A DNA stretch of 64,000 nucleotides from Alphaproteobacteria bacterium (GTDB lineage Bacteria > Pseudomonadota > Alphaproteobacteria > UBA8366): positions 20,282 through 84,281 of the forward strand of contig JANQKC010000015.1 in NCBI GenBank assembly GCA_028281325.1. The letters run 5' to 3'. The notes beneath the pieces are model-generated. The model had not been told where the DNA came from and ran no database searches. It was given only the letters and a program-made list of their open reading frames with translations. The position numbers and the translations under genes were made by a program. Positions 54,984-64,000 of the stretch are shown here, piece after piece (position 1 is the first letter of the stretch; each line of letters starts with the position of its first letter).

Positions 54984-55859
54984 TCAGCGCGGCGGCACGA
55001 CCCGGTGCAGGAACTCGATGGCGGCCCCGGCGAAGTTGTCGTTTCGGTCGCCGGCGACCATGTGGGCCGCGTTGCCCACCTCGACATATTCCGCCTGCGG
55101 GCATTGCTTGAGGAAGCTCTCCGCCCCCTCCTTGCTCAGCACGTTGGACAGCCCGCCGCGCACCAGCAGGATCGGCAGCGATAGATTGTCGGCGGCCCGG
55201 CCCAACCGGCCGCGATAGTCGTCCTGCGTGCGCCAGGCCTTGCGGCGCGCCGGATCCCAGTGCCAGTGATACTTGCCGTCCGCGCCGAGCCGGACATTCT
55301 TGGCGAGCCCGTCCAGCGTGCGCGGCCGTTTGCGGTGCGGCTGGTAGTTGGAGATGGCCTCGGCGACTTCCTCCAAACTGTCGAAGCCCTCCGGCTTCTG
55401 GTTCATGAAGGCCTGGATTTCCTCGCGCCCCTTCTCCTCGATCTGCGGCGCGATATCCACCAGGACCAGGGCCTGCCCGTCCACCTTGCCCTCGCCCAAC
55501 GCAACAAGACTGGTCCCGCCGCCCATCGACGCGCCGACCAGGATCGGCTTGCCGCCGCCCATCGCCTCGATGACGCAACACAGGTCGTCGACCATGAAAT
55601 CCGTGCCGTACTCGCCCTCGGGCGCCCAGTCGGAGTCGCCGTGCCCGCGCGCGTCGAAGGCGACCGTGTGATAGCCCGCCTTGCCCAGCGTCTCGCCCGC
55701 GCCCTTCCAGGCATGGCGCGTCTGCCCGCCGCCATGCTGCAGGATCACCAGCGGCCCGTCCGGATCGCCCCAACTATCGCCCGCCAGCGTAATCCCGCCG
55801 GCCCCCGGCCATGTATGCATCGGAACCGGTGTCCCCGGCAGCCGCTCACCCGCGCTCAT
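54984..55859 (-). CDS. Alpha/beta fold hydrolase
   Basis: HGGGQTRHAW, GASMGG, AAHMVAGD. Confidence 0.88.
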   Translation of the reverse strand: MSAGERLPGTPVPMHTWPGAGGITLAGDSWGDPDGPLVILQHGGGQTRHAWKGAGETLGKAGYHTVAFDARGHGDSDWAPEGEYGTDFMVDDLCCVIEAMGGGKPILVGASMGGGTSLVALGEGKVDGQALVLVDIAPQIEEKGREEIQAFMNQKPEGFDSLEEVAEAISNYQPHRKRPRTLDGLAKNVRLGADGKYHWHWDPARRKAWRTQDDYRGRLGRAADNLSLPILLVRGGLSNVLSKEGAESFLKQCPQAEYVEVGNAAHMVAGDRNDNFAGAAIEFLHRVVPPR

Positions 55860-56093
55860 ATACGCTCACTCTCAGTCATTCATCCATTGATCGCAAAAAC
55901 GGCCCCGGATCCGGGACCGCACGGTCTAACGCGCGCCAGTGTAATGCGGATGGGGGTACGATGGGAAATTGGAAACCACATCGCCGTTGGCCTTCTCGTA
56001 CACTGATCGTTGCGTTTTGCCAATTTGATGCGCCTCTCCCGTTCCCATTCATGCTAGGGTCCGCGCCCGTCTTCGTTGTCATAAATCTGTCAC

Positions 56094-57299
56094 ATGAGCC
56101 ACCGCACCATCTTCTGGGTCTTCGTCGCGCGCGTGTTCCTGTTCATGCCGTTCATGACGGTTGCGGGATGCCTGCCGCTGCTGATCGAGGAATGGGAGCT
56201 CGGCGCGGCGCAGGCGAGCATCATCGCGTCCGGCTTCTTCTTCAGCTACGCGGTGTCGCTGCTCGCCTTCTCGTGGCTTGGCGACTATATCGGCGCGAAA
56301 CGGTCGGTCATCCTGTCGGCCTGGACCACGATGGCGGCCTGCGCGTCCTTCGCGCTGTTCGCCAACGACTACGTCACCAGCGTGATCTTCTACGGCCTGG
56401 TGGGCCTGTTCCAGGGCGGGGTCTATACGCCGGTCATCGTGCTGTTCCGCGAGAACACGCCGCGCGAGCGCTTGGGCGCGGCGATCGGCTGGCTGATCGC
56501 CTCCACCTCGGTCGGCTATGCCGCGTCCATCGGCGCGACGGGGCTGGCCATCGGCTTCTCCGGCTGGAAAACGGCCTTCATGGTGACGGGGTTGTTGCCC
56601 GTACTCGGCTCCGTCCTGTTGCTGCTGGCGATCCGGCCGCTGCCCAACCTCGTGCATCCGCGACTGCCGGGCGGCGGCTTCCTGCGGGAAATCCGCCAGA
56701 ACCGGCGCGCCCGGCTCGTGCTCGCGGGATACACGGCGCATAACTGGGAACTGATCGGCATGTGGACCTGGGCCCCGGCGCTGGTCGCGGCGAGTTTCGT
56801 GCTCAGCGGCGAAACCACCGCCGTCGCGACCCAATGGAGTGCGTCCTTCATCACGGTGCTGCATCTCGGCGGCGCCTTCGCCTCCTACATCATGGGCCGG
56901 TTGTCCGACCGGCTCGGCCGCCGCACCGTCCTGATCTGGGTCGCCGCGGTCGCCGCCGCCTTTTCCTTCGGCGTCGGCTGGTTCGTCGCCTTCACGCCCT
57001 ATCTGATCGCCGGGATGGTGATCGTCTATTCCTTCTTCGCCATCGGGGATTCGCCGGTGCTGTCGACGGCCGTCGCGGAATGGACCGCCCCGTCTTGCCT
57101 CGGTGCGATGTTGGCGACGCGCTCGCTGATCGGATTCGTCTCGGCGGGGATCGCGCCGATCGTCGTCGGCTGGGTGATCGACGTCCTGCGCGCCGGGAAT
57201 GCCGGGGACACTCTGGTCTGGGGCATGGCCTTCGCGACCCTCGGGCTCGGCGGGTTGCTCGCCGTCTTCTTCGCGACGCGCCTGCCCCGCACGGCCTAG
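56094..57299 (+). CDS. MFS transporter
   Basis: 12 TM segments, GRLSDRLGRR, HNWEL.GMW. Confidence 0.9.
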   Translation: MSHRTIFWVFVARVFLFMPFMTVAGCLPLLIEEWELGAAQASIIASGFFFSYAVSLLAFSWLGDYIGAKRSVILSAWTTMAACASFALFANDYVTSVIFYGLVGLFQGGVYTPVIVLFRENTPRERLGAAIGWLIASTSVGYAASIGATGLAIGFSGWKTAFMVTGLLPVLGSVLLLLAIRPLPNLVHPRLPGGGFLREIRQNRRARLVLAGYTAHNWELIGMWTWAPALVAASFVLSGETTAVATQWSASFITVLHLGGAFASYIMGRLSDRLGRRTVLIWVAAVAAAFSFGVGWFVAFTPYLIAGMVIVYSFFAIGDSPVLSTAVAEWTAPSCLGAMLATRSLIGFVSAGIAPIVVGWVIDVLRAGNAGDTLVWGMAFATLGLGGLLAVFFATRLPRTA

Positions 57300-57495
57300 C
57301 CCACTCGCAGCACGACCGGCAATGCCGAAGCCGCCCGGACCAACGGCCCGGTCGAGGCGACCACCGCCGTCGACACAGGGGTCGTTCCGCCCGGCAAGAG
57401 CAAAGACCGAGCCGACAGTCGCCCGAGAGCGGTACCTCCTCTACCTTAAGGGGCATGAGGAGCCGCCCCGCGCCATGCTATGGTCAGAGCTACCG

Positions 57496-58155
57496 ATGAT
57501 GAAAAAAGTCAAATCTTTCCTGCGCATGGTTCGGGAGGTGGGGGTCATCTACACCCTGCAGCAGGTCAAATGGACGCTGATCCCCGATTGGCTCATCGAA
57601 CTTAACATCTGGGACGCGAGCGCGACGGACATACGCCACCTCGCCGACCTGACGACTCACGACCCCAACCTCCGCTGGGCGACGCCGTCCGACGTACCGC
57701 GCCTTGCCGCGTTCGACATCAAACCCAACGTCCTGACCGACGCATTGAACAAGACCGTCCGGATCGCAGTCTATGAAGACGGAGACCGGATCGTCGGCTA
57801 TGGGCAATACGCCATCGATCATTGGGACCAAAGCGACTGGCTCCGATTCCGTATCGGCGACGAGGAGTTCCTCGGCGCGGGCTTATGGGTCGACCCGGAT
57901 TTTCGCGGCCGGGGCCTCGGAACACGCATCATGAAATTCGGCTGGTCGGAAATGGTCCGATGCGGGCGCCACCGAGCCGTCGGCATCGTCAACCGACTGA
58001 ACCGGAACATGAAGCAGGCGAGCGCCAACGTCGTCAAGATTCGATATGAACCGATCTTCGTCCTGCGCTTTCTGGGATTCACCTACTATCGCTACGGCAA
58101 CCAACGACAACTTGGCCGTTGGACGCCGCGTAACCGCCTGACGATCACGTTCTGA
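57496..58155 (+). CDS. GNAT family N-acetyltransferase
   Basis: WVDPDFRGRGLG, LNRN; start could be the ATG at 57475. Confidence 0.78.
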   Translation: MMKKVKSFLRMVREVGVIYTLQQVKWTLIPDWLIELNIWDASATDIRHLADLTTHDPNLRWATPSDVPRLAAFDIKPNVLTDALNKTVRIAVYEDGDRIVGYGQYAIDHWDQSDWLRFRIGDEEFLGAGLWVDPDFRGRGLGTRIMKFGWSEMVRCGRHRAVGIVNRLNRNMKQASANVVKIRYEPIFVLRFLGFTYYRYGNQRQLGRWTPRNRLTITF

Positions 58156-58273
58156 AACAACGATTTACGTCTCCCCCCAAAGGACTGCCTCTCCTCACCG
58201 ATACCGCGCGGGAGAATTGCCCCTTAAAGTGGCGGTATGGGGCAATAAAAGGTGAAGGTTCAGAGACAAGGCT

Positions 58274-59050
58274 ATGAATTGGTTAGCAAAAGCGCAACGC
58301 AAGGTATCCGAGGTCGGGCTGCTCTATGCGCTTCAGCAGACGAAATGGACCTTTCTGCCGGAATGGCTGGCCGAACTGAACATCTGGAACGTCAACACGA
58401 TCGACATTCGCAGCCATGCCGCGATGACGCGGCATGACCCCGCGCTGCGCTGGGCCACGAACCGCGACATCCCCCAACTCCTGGCCTGCGGCGTCAAACC
58501 GGAAGTCCTCGCCTACGCCTTCGGAAAGTCCACGACGATCGCCGTCTATGAACGGGACGGTCGGATCGTCGGCTACGGCCAGTACGCGGTCGGCGCATGG
58601 GACCTGGGCGATTGGCTTAGATTCCGCTTCGCGCCGCGCGATTTCCACACCGCGGAAGTCTGGGTCGCGCCCGACTTGCGCGGCCAGGGCATCGGACCGA
58701 AGATTTTCACCTTTGCCACATCGCATTTCGCCCGGAACGGCTATCACCGAACGGTCGCCATCATAAACGTTCTGAACCGCAACTCGATACGAGCCTGCGC
58801 CAAGGTGTGCAGCCCCTCGACCGAACGGTTCTGGTATCTCCGCCTGTTCGGCGTCAGCTACGTGCGCTACGGTGCGGTGCGCGGCGTCGGGCGTTGGGCG
58901 CGCCGGAACCGGTTCGACGTCATGCTCGGCGACCGCAATGCCCTCGACCTCGCCACGGAGGAGATCGGAACGCCCACGCCCGCGACGGATTCGCCCGAGA
59001 CGGACGCCCACGTCATCCCCTTCCCGCCCCGGCAAGCGGTACCGCGCTAG
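58274..59050 (+). CDS. GNAT family N-acetyltransferase (tandem paralog)
   Basis: WVAPDLRGQGIG, LNRNS; collinear with the upstream gene. Confidence 0.8.
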   Translation: MNWLAKAQRKVSEVGLLYALQQTKWTFLPEWLAELNIWNVNTIDIRSHAAMTRHDPALRWATNRDIPQLLACGVKPEVLAYAFGKSTTIAVYERDGRIVGYGQYAVGAWDLGDWLRFRFAPRDFHTAEVWVAPDLRGQGIGPKIFTFATSHFARNGYHRTVAIINVLNRNSIRACAKVCSPSTERFWYLRLFGVSYVRYGAVRGVGRWARRNRFDVMLGDRNALDLATEEIGTPTPATDSPETDAHVIPFPPRQAVPR

Positions 59051-59251
59051 CGCATAACCTCGTAGATGACGGTAACGGATTTCCGGGTTCCAGGACCCCG
59101 CCTTTCCAGGTCTTCCCGACATCCCTGAAAAGGCCCGCGTAACCATATCGGTCGCGGCCTTCCCGCCTTTCTTCGCGCGCACGACGCCTCCGGCAACGCG
59201 CAATAAGCGGCCAAACCGGCAGCGAATCTGGCCAAACGGCCGCGATACGCC

Positions 59252-59267
59252 AAATTGTTTACAATTT
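59252..59267. promoter_or_regulatory. GntR/FCD-type operator
   Basis: AAATTGT-TT-ACAATTT palindrome upstream of the GntR gene. Confidence 0.6.
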
Positions 59268-59336
59268 ACAATTCGGCGCTTATAACCATGCCATGCCGTC
59301 TGCGATCCCCATTTTCCGTCAACCCTCGGCCCGATA

Positions 59337-60026
59337 ATGCCTAAACCGCAAGAAACGCTCGCGCTTCTGCGCTCCCGGTCGATGTCCAGCGTGCTGCAGG
59401 ACGAGATCGAACAACGCATCCTGTCCGGCGCGCTGCAGCCGGGCGAGCGAGTTAACGAGAACGCCCTGGCGGCGGAACTGGGCGTCAGCCGCGGCCCAAT
59501 CCGAGAGGCCTGCCGCGGCCTGGTCGAATCCGGCCTGTTGACCAACATCGTCAACCGCGGGGTCTTTGTCCGCGAAGTGTCGCGCAAGGACGCGATCGAC
59601 GTCTACAACGTGCGCGCCAGCCTGATGCGGCTCGCCGGGGAAACCCTGGCCGAGCGGATTACCGCGGACCAGGCGGCCATCCTCCGCGATCTGGTGGACC
59701 GGATGGACACGGCCGAGGCCGCCAACGATTTCGACAGTTTCTACGCCTTGAACCGCGACTTTCACACCCGCATCGTCGACTACGCGGAGAACGACCGCCT
59801 GCGGTCCCTCAGCGACGGGTTGGTCAAGGAACTGCACCTCTACCGGCACCGCAGCATCCTGCAAGGCGGCGGCTTGCAGGTGTCGAACCGGGAACACAAG
59901 GAAATCCTCGCCGCGCTGGAAGCCCGCGACCCCGCACGGGCCGGGGCGGCGCTCGAAGATCACATCAAAGCCGGCATGCAGCGGTTTCTCGCCGCGACCG
60001 CGCAAGACCTGAAATCCACCGATTGA
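59337..60026 (+). CDS. GntR family regulator with FCD domain
   Basis: ILSG.L.PGERVNE..LA.ELGVSRGPIREA, NRDFH, EH. Confidence 0.92.
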   Translation: MPKPQETLALLRSRSMSSVLQDEIEQRILSGALQPGERVNENALAAELGVSRGPIREACRGLVESGLLTNIVNRGVFVREVSRKDAIDVYNVRASLMRLAGETLAERITADQAAILRDLVDRMDTAEAANDFDSFYALNRDFHTRIVDYAENDRLRSLSDGLVKELHLYRHRSILQGGGLQVSNREHKEILAALEARDPARAGAALEDHIKAGMQRFLAATAQDLKSTD

Positions 60027-60050
60027 CTCAGCGAATAGAAGGGAAACACC

Positions 60051-61130
60051 GTGAAATTCAGTAATTTTCTCTTTCCGATGGCCGACAAGCCGGAAAACGA
60101 CGAACGGATCATCGACGAAACGCTGGCCGAAGCGAAACTGTGCGACGAACTGGGGATGGAAGCCCTTTGGCTCGCCGAGCATCACTTCGACGGCAACTGC
60201 GCCTATGTCGACCCGGTGAGCTTCGCGGCGGCGCTGGCCACCGCGACGAAGCAGATCAAGATCGGCTTCGCCGTCGCCCAGATGTCGCTGCACCATCCGA
60301 TCCGCATGGCGGAGCAGATGGCGATGGTCGACAACCTGTCGAAGGGCCGCTTGATCGTCGGCCTCGGCCGGGGCACCGCGTATAACATCTACGACTATCT
60401 CGGCTACGGCATCGATCCGGACGAGGCGCAGGAACGGCTGCTCGAATCCGAAGAGATCATGATCAAGGCCTGGAAGAGCGAGGAGTTCGAACATAAGGGC
60501 AAGTACTGGGACATTTACCTGCCGATCCTGCGCCCGGCCTGCTACACCAAGCCGCATCCCTTCATGATCCGGGCGTGCTCCGGCGAGGAATCGATGCTCG
60601 GCATGGCGCGCGAAGGCAAGCCTTTCCTGATGAACGTGCAGACCGACGAGGTCACCAAGCACCGCATGGACCTCTATCGCAAGACCATGAGCGAGTCCGG
60701 CTTCGACGACGACCATATCGCGAAGGCGGTGGACGACACCTGGGTCTGGCGCAACATCTTCATCGCCGATACCGACGCGGAAGCCGAGAAGCTGGGCGTT
60801 CCCCTGTTCGAGCAACAGCGCGACCAGCGCGGCAAGATGCGGGCCCGCATCCTCAAGGAGCGCGGCCAGGCCATGGAAAAGGCGAAGCCCGCGAAGGCCG
60901 AGACCGGCACGGCTCCGGCCCGCAACGTCGTGCAGCACAGCCTGATCTGCGGCTCGCCGGAGACGGTCGCCGAGCGGTTGGCGAAAATTGACGGGATCGG
61001 CGTCGGTGGTATCATTCTGCAGTTCCGCATCGGCCAGCCCTCCTACGACATCGTCGAACACAGCATCAAGCTGTTCATGGAGAAAGTTGCGCCGGAATTC
61101 CAGAAACGCACCGCCGCGGCGGCCGAGTAA
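60051..61130 (+). CDS. Luciferase-like (LLM) flavin monooxygenase
   Basis: WLAEHHF, HHPIRMAEQ..D.LSKGR..GLGRG, CGSPETV. Confidence 0.9.
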   Translation: MKFSNFLFPMADKPENDERIIDETLAEAKLCDELGMEALWLAEHHFDGNCAYVDPVSFAAALATATKQIKIGFAVAQMSLHHPIRMAEQMAMVDNLSKGRLIVGLGRGTAYNIYDYLGYGIDPDEAQERLLESEEIMIKAWKSEEFEHKGKYWDIYLPILRPACYTKPHPFMIRACSGEESMLGMAREGKPFLMNVQTDEVTKHRMDLYRKTMSESGFDDDHIAKAVDDTWVWRNIFIADTDAEAEKLGVPLFEQQRDQRGKMRARILKERGQAMEKAKPAKAETGTAPARNVVQHSLICGSPETVAERLAKIDGIGVGGIILQFRIGQPSYDIVEHSIKLFMEKVAPEFQKRTAAAAE

Positions 61131-61142
61131 GGAGCACCCGTC

Positions 61143-62294
61143 ATTTCTACGCGCCCCCCCTATCGCCTGCGGCTGCCGGGACCGACCCTGGTTCCCGAAC
61201 GCATCCGCAACGCCCTCGCCTTGCCGGTGGTCAGCCACCGGGGGCCGGAATTCTCGGAAATCGTCCGCGAATGCGAGAAGCATTTACAGACGCTGATGGG
61301 CACGAAGAACGCTGTGATGTTCTTCTCCGGCTCCGGCACGGGCATGATGGAGGCGGCCCTCGTAAACGCGCTGAAGCCCGGCGACAAGGCGTTAGTCTTG
61401 TCGAACGGGCAATTCAGCGAACGGTTTGCGGAAATCGGCGGCACCCTCGGCATCGATATCGATGCCATCGAGGCGCCGTGGGGAGAAGAGATCAAGGCCA
61501 GCGATCTCGCGGCCCGGCTGGACGAGACCGACTACCGCGCGGTCATCGCGGTGCATAACGAGAGCGCCACCGGCGCGGTCAGCAATCTCGCCGATCTCGG
61601 CGCGGTCGTTCGTAAAACGCCGGCCATCTTCATCATCGATTCGGTCAGCGGCCTCGGCGGGATCGAGATGCAGCAGGATGCCTGGGGCGTCGATCTGCTG
61701 ATCTCCGCCTCGCAGAAGGCGCTGATGTGCCCGCCGGGCATCGGCATCGCCAGCATCAGCGACAAGGCGTGGGCGCTGATCGACGAGGAAGACGGCAAGC
61801 GGCGCTTCTATTGGGATTTCCGCAAGGCGAGGAAATCGGCCGCAAACGGCCAGACCGCGTTCACGCCGCCCGTCACGCTGCTCAACGGATTGCGCGAAGG
61901 ACTGCGCATGATCGAAGAGGAAGGCATCGCCAACGTCCTCGCCCGGCACCGCCGCCTGGGCGAAGCGCTCCGCGCGGGCGGTGCGGCCCTCAACCTGTCG
62001 ATCTTCACCAAGGCGCCGATCCTGTCGGACACGGTCACCGTGTTCAACGTGCCCGAGGGCCTGCACGCGTCGGCCATCGTCGGCAACATGTACAAGGAGT
62101 ACGGCACGGTCATCGCCGGCGCGCGCAACAAACTGGACGGCACAGTCTTCCGGATCGGCACCATGGGCGCGCTCGACGAATCCGAGATTATCCTCGACCT
62201 GGTCCATCTGGAACGCACCCTGCAGGACCTGCAAATGCCGGTGGAATCCGGCAGCGCGGTCGCGGCGGCGAACGAGTATCTACGGCGGGCCTAG
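61143..62294 (+). CDS. Class V (alanine-glyoxylate/serine-pyruvate type) aminotransferase, probable ATT start
   Basis: RLRLPGPT.VPERI upstream of the called TTG, SHRGPEF, GSGTG.MEA, HNESATG, DSVS, SQKALMCPPG, FRIGTMG. Confidence 0.85.
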   Translation: MSTRPPYRLRLPGPTLVPERIRNALALPVVSHRGPEFSEIVRECEKHLQTLMGTKNAVMFFSGSGTGMMEAALVNALKPGDKALVLSNGQFSERFAEIGGTLGIDIDAIEAPWGEEIKASDLAARLDETDYRAVIAVHNESATGAVSNLADLGAVVRKTPAIFIIDSVSGLGGIEMQQDAWGVDLLISASQKALMCPPGIGIASISDKAWALIDEEDGKRRFYWDFRKARKSAANGQTAFTPPVTLLNGLREGLRMIEEEGIANVLARHRRLGEALRAGGAALNLSIFTKAPILSDTVTVFNVPEGLHASAIVGNMYKEYGTVIAGARNKLDGTVFRIGTMGALDESEIILDLVHLERTLQDLQMPVESGSAVAAANEYLRRA

Positions 62295-62501
62295 CACGAG
62301 CCCGGCTGCGCTGGGCCGTCGACGCACCGCTTATCCTGTGTTCCGGTAGAAGGCCGGGTCGGGCCCGCCGTCGGCGGTCACCGCCCTCCATTGCCCTGCA
62401 TCTCGGCGAAACCCTTGCGAGACCGAATCGAACGGCTTATCCGATCTCGGTAGTGCGTCGTCGTGATATGAAGATATTCCGCACCTGATAATATCCTTGC
62501 C

Positions 62502-63752
62502 ATGACTGCCACGTTGCCTCGGACCGATTCCCGCAGATCGCCGCACCCGTGGGCCGACCCATCCGGCGCGCCATGGGCCGTGGTGGCGATGGCGGATTCG
62601 CTTAACGGCATCCAAACGGTGCGGATCCTCGCCCGGCATGGCGTGCGGATCATCGGCCTTGTCGCGGATCGCAGCGCCCCGTATGGCCGGACACGCCTGT
62701 GCGAGAAGGTCGACGTCATCGACCCGGAAGGGCCGGAATTGATCGAAACCCTGCTGAAGATCGGCGCACAGCTCGGCCGGAAAGCGGTGCTGTTTCCCGT
62801 AAACGATGAAATCGTCGGCGCGGTTTCCCGGCACCGCAGCGACCTGACATTCGCGTATCATATCGCCCTGCCGCCCGAAGACATGGTCGACATGATGTTG
62901 AACAAGCGCCAATTCCACGAATACGCCGAATCGCACGGCTTTCCCGTGCCGCACACGGCGATCGTCGCCGACCAATCGGAACTGGAGCAAGCGATCGAGC
63001 GGTTGACGTTCCCGTGCGTCGTCAAACCGCAGCGGAAGACGGAAGTCTGGTTCACCTTCACGAAACACAAAGCCCTCAAGGTCGCCGACGCGGCCGAATT
63101 GCGGGCTTTGTACAAAGCGTGCAGCGGCTTGGTCGGTAACATCATCGTGCAGGAGTGGATCGTCGGCGGCTCGACCAACCTATTCTCCTGCAACCTGTAC
63201 ATGGATGCGGAGGGGAATCCGCTCGCGACCTTCGTCGCGCGTAAGCTACGGCAATGGCCGCCGGATGTGGGCAGCAGCAGTTCCGGCGAAGAATGCCGAA
63301 ACGACGCGGTGCGGGATATGGCGCTGGCGTTCTTCAGATCGGCCAAATGTCACGGGCTCGCGTATCTCGAAGTCAAATGCGACGCGCGGACCGGACGGCA
63401 TGTCGTCATCGAACCCAATATCGGCCGGCCGACCGGGCGGTCGCCGATCGCCGAGGCCGGCGGCGTCGAACTTGTCTACACCATGTATTGCGATCTTCTC
63501 GGCCTCCCCCTTCCCGACAACCGGATGCAGTCCTACGGCGGCGTCAAATGGATCTATCTGCGCTGGGACATCCAATCCGCCCTGGTTCACTGGTGGCGCG
63601 GCGACCTGACGTTTGCCGAATGGTATCGGTCCATGCGCGGAAAGAAGGCCTACGCCCTTTTCTCCCTTGCCGATCCGGGGCCCTTTCTATGGGATATTCA
63701 CGAGACAGCCCGGCAAGGGATCAGGCGGTTATGGGCGCGCTTTCGGAACTGA
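62502..63752 (+). CDS. ATP-grasp carboxylate-amine ligase (D-aspartate ligase-like)
   Basis: LFPVNDE, NK, VPHT, FPCVVKP, VQEWI.G, RKLRQWP, EVK.D..G...IEPN.GR. Confidence 0.82.
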   Translation: MTATLPRTDSRRSPHPWADPSGAPWAVVAMADSLNGIQTVRILARHGVRIIGLVADRSAPYGRTRLCEKVDVIDPEGPELIETLLKIGAQLGRKAVLFPVNDEIVGAVSRHRSDLTFAYHIALPPEDMVDMMLNKRQFHEYAESHGFPVPHTAIVADQSELEQAIERLTFPCVVKPQRKTEVWFTFTKHKALKVADAAELRALYKACSGLVGNIIVQEWIVGGSTNLFSCNLYMDAEGNPLATFVARKLRQWPPDVGSSSSGEECRNDAVRDMALAFFRSAKCHGLAYLEVKCDARTGRHVVIEPNIGRPTGRSPIAEAGGVELVYTMYCDLLGLPLPDNRMQSYGGVKWIYLRWDIQSALVHWWRGDLTFAEWYRSMRGKKAYALFSLADPGPFLWDIHETARQGIRRLWARFRN

Positions 63753-63771
63753 ACGGCATTGAATCGACAGA

Positions 63772-64000
63772 ATGACTGACATTCCCGCTAAGGACGGCCC
63801 GCCACGCGCCGCTCGGAGGCTGACCATCCTCGTCGCCAGCCGGATCGACCCGACCGCCCTCGCCGAGCTAGGGGCGCGGCATCGGATCGTCGAGGCGTGG
63901 GATGCGGACGCGTCGCAGCTTCCCGGCCTGGTTCGAGACTGCGACGCGATCATCTTTCGCAGCGGCGTCCAGATCACCGCCGACCTGATGCGGGCGGCCC
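63772..64000 (+). CDS. 5' part of a D-2-hydroxyacid/phosphoglycerate dehydrogenase-like protein
   Basis: Manual translation: TILVASRIDPTALAEL...DCDAIIFRSGVQITADLMRAA; runs off the window. Confidence 0.7.
   Translation, partial: MTDIPAKDGPPRAARRLTILVASRIDPTALAELGARHRIVEAWDADASQLPGLVRDCDAIIFRSGVQITADLMRAA

Noticed and set aside
60051-62294. Programmed readthrough fusion of the LLM and aminotransferase
   Set aside because: In frame, but the stop is TAA and a strong SD with a well-spaced ATT explains independent initiation more simply

Overview
GC-rich (roughly mid-60s % by eye) alphaproteobacterial chromosome segment, probably Rhodospirillales-like (inferred from a CtrA box, alpha-type Fur boxes, REP-like repeats and gene content). 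It holds about 65 mostly metabolic genes: three CaiB/BaiF CoA-transferases, three TauD-type dioxygenases, enoyl-CoA hydratases, alpha/beta hydrolases, cupins, moaA, a xanthine-dehydrogenase-family Mo enzyme with MoaD, a UbiD decarboxylase, TRAP and ABC transporters, and bfd-bfr. I saw no rRNA, tRNA, CRISPR array, integrase or transposase. Four things stand out. (1) An iron module at 41.1-43.2 kb, where a Fur-like box sits inside a promoter driving an unannotated ~90-nt transcript. The transcript has a CCUCCC anti-SD tract and an intrinsic terminator, and 7 nt of it are complementary to the SD of the neighbouring bfr, making it a candidate RyhB/PrrF-like iron-sparing sRNA; two uncharacterised, apparently Fur-controlled proteins flank it. 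(2) A solitary AT-rich 771-aa gene fusing tandem nucleoside-deoxyribosyltransferase/TIR-like domains to an Sll1717-type STAND ATPase, a candidate one-gene defence system. (3) A class V aminotransferase that appears to start at ATT. (4) A sigma54/NtrC-controlled ABC-racemase-GNAT operon. All family calls come from motif recognition by eye; no database searches were run.
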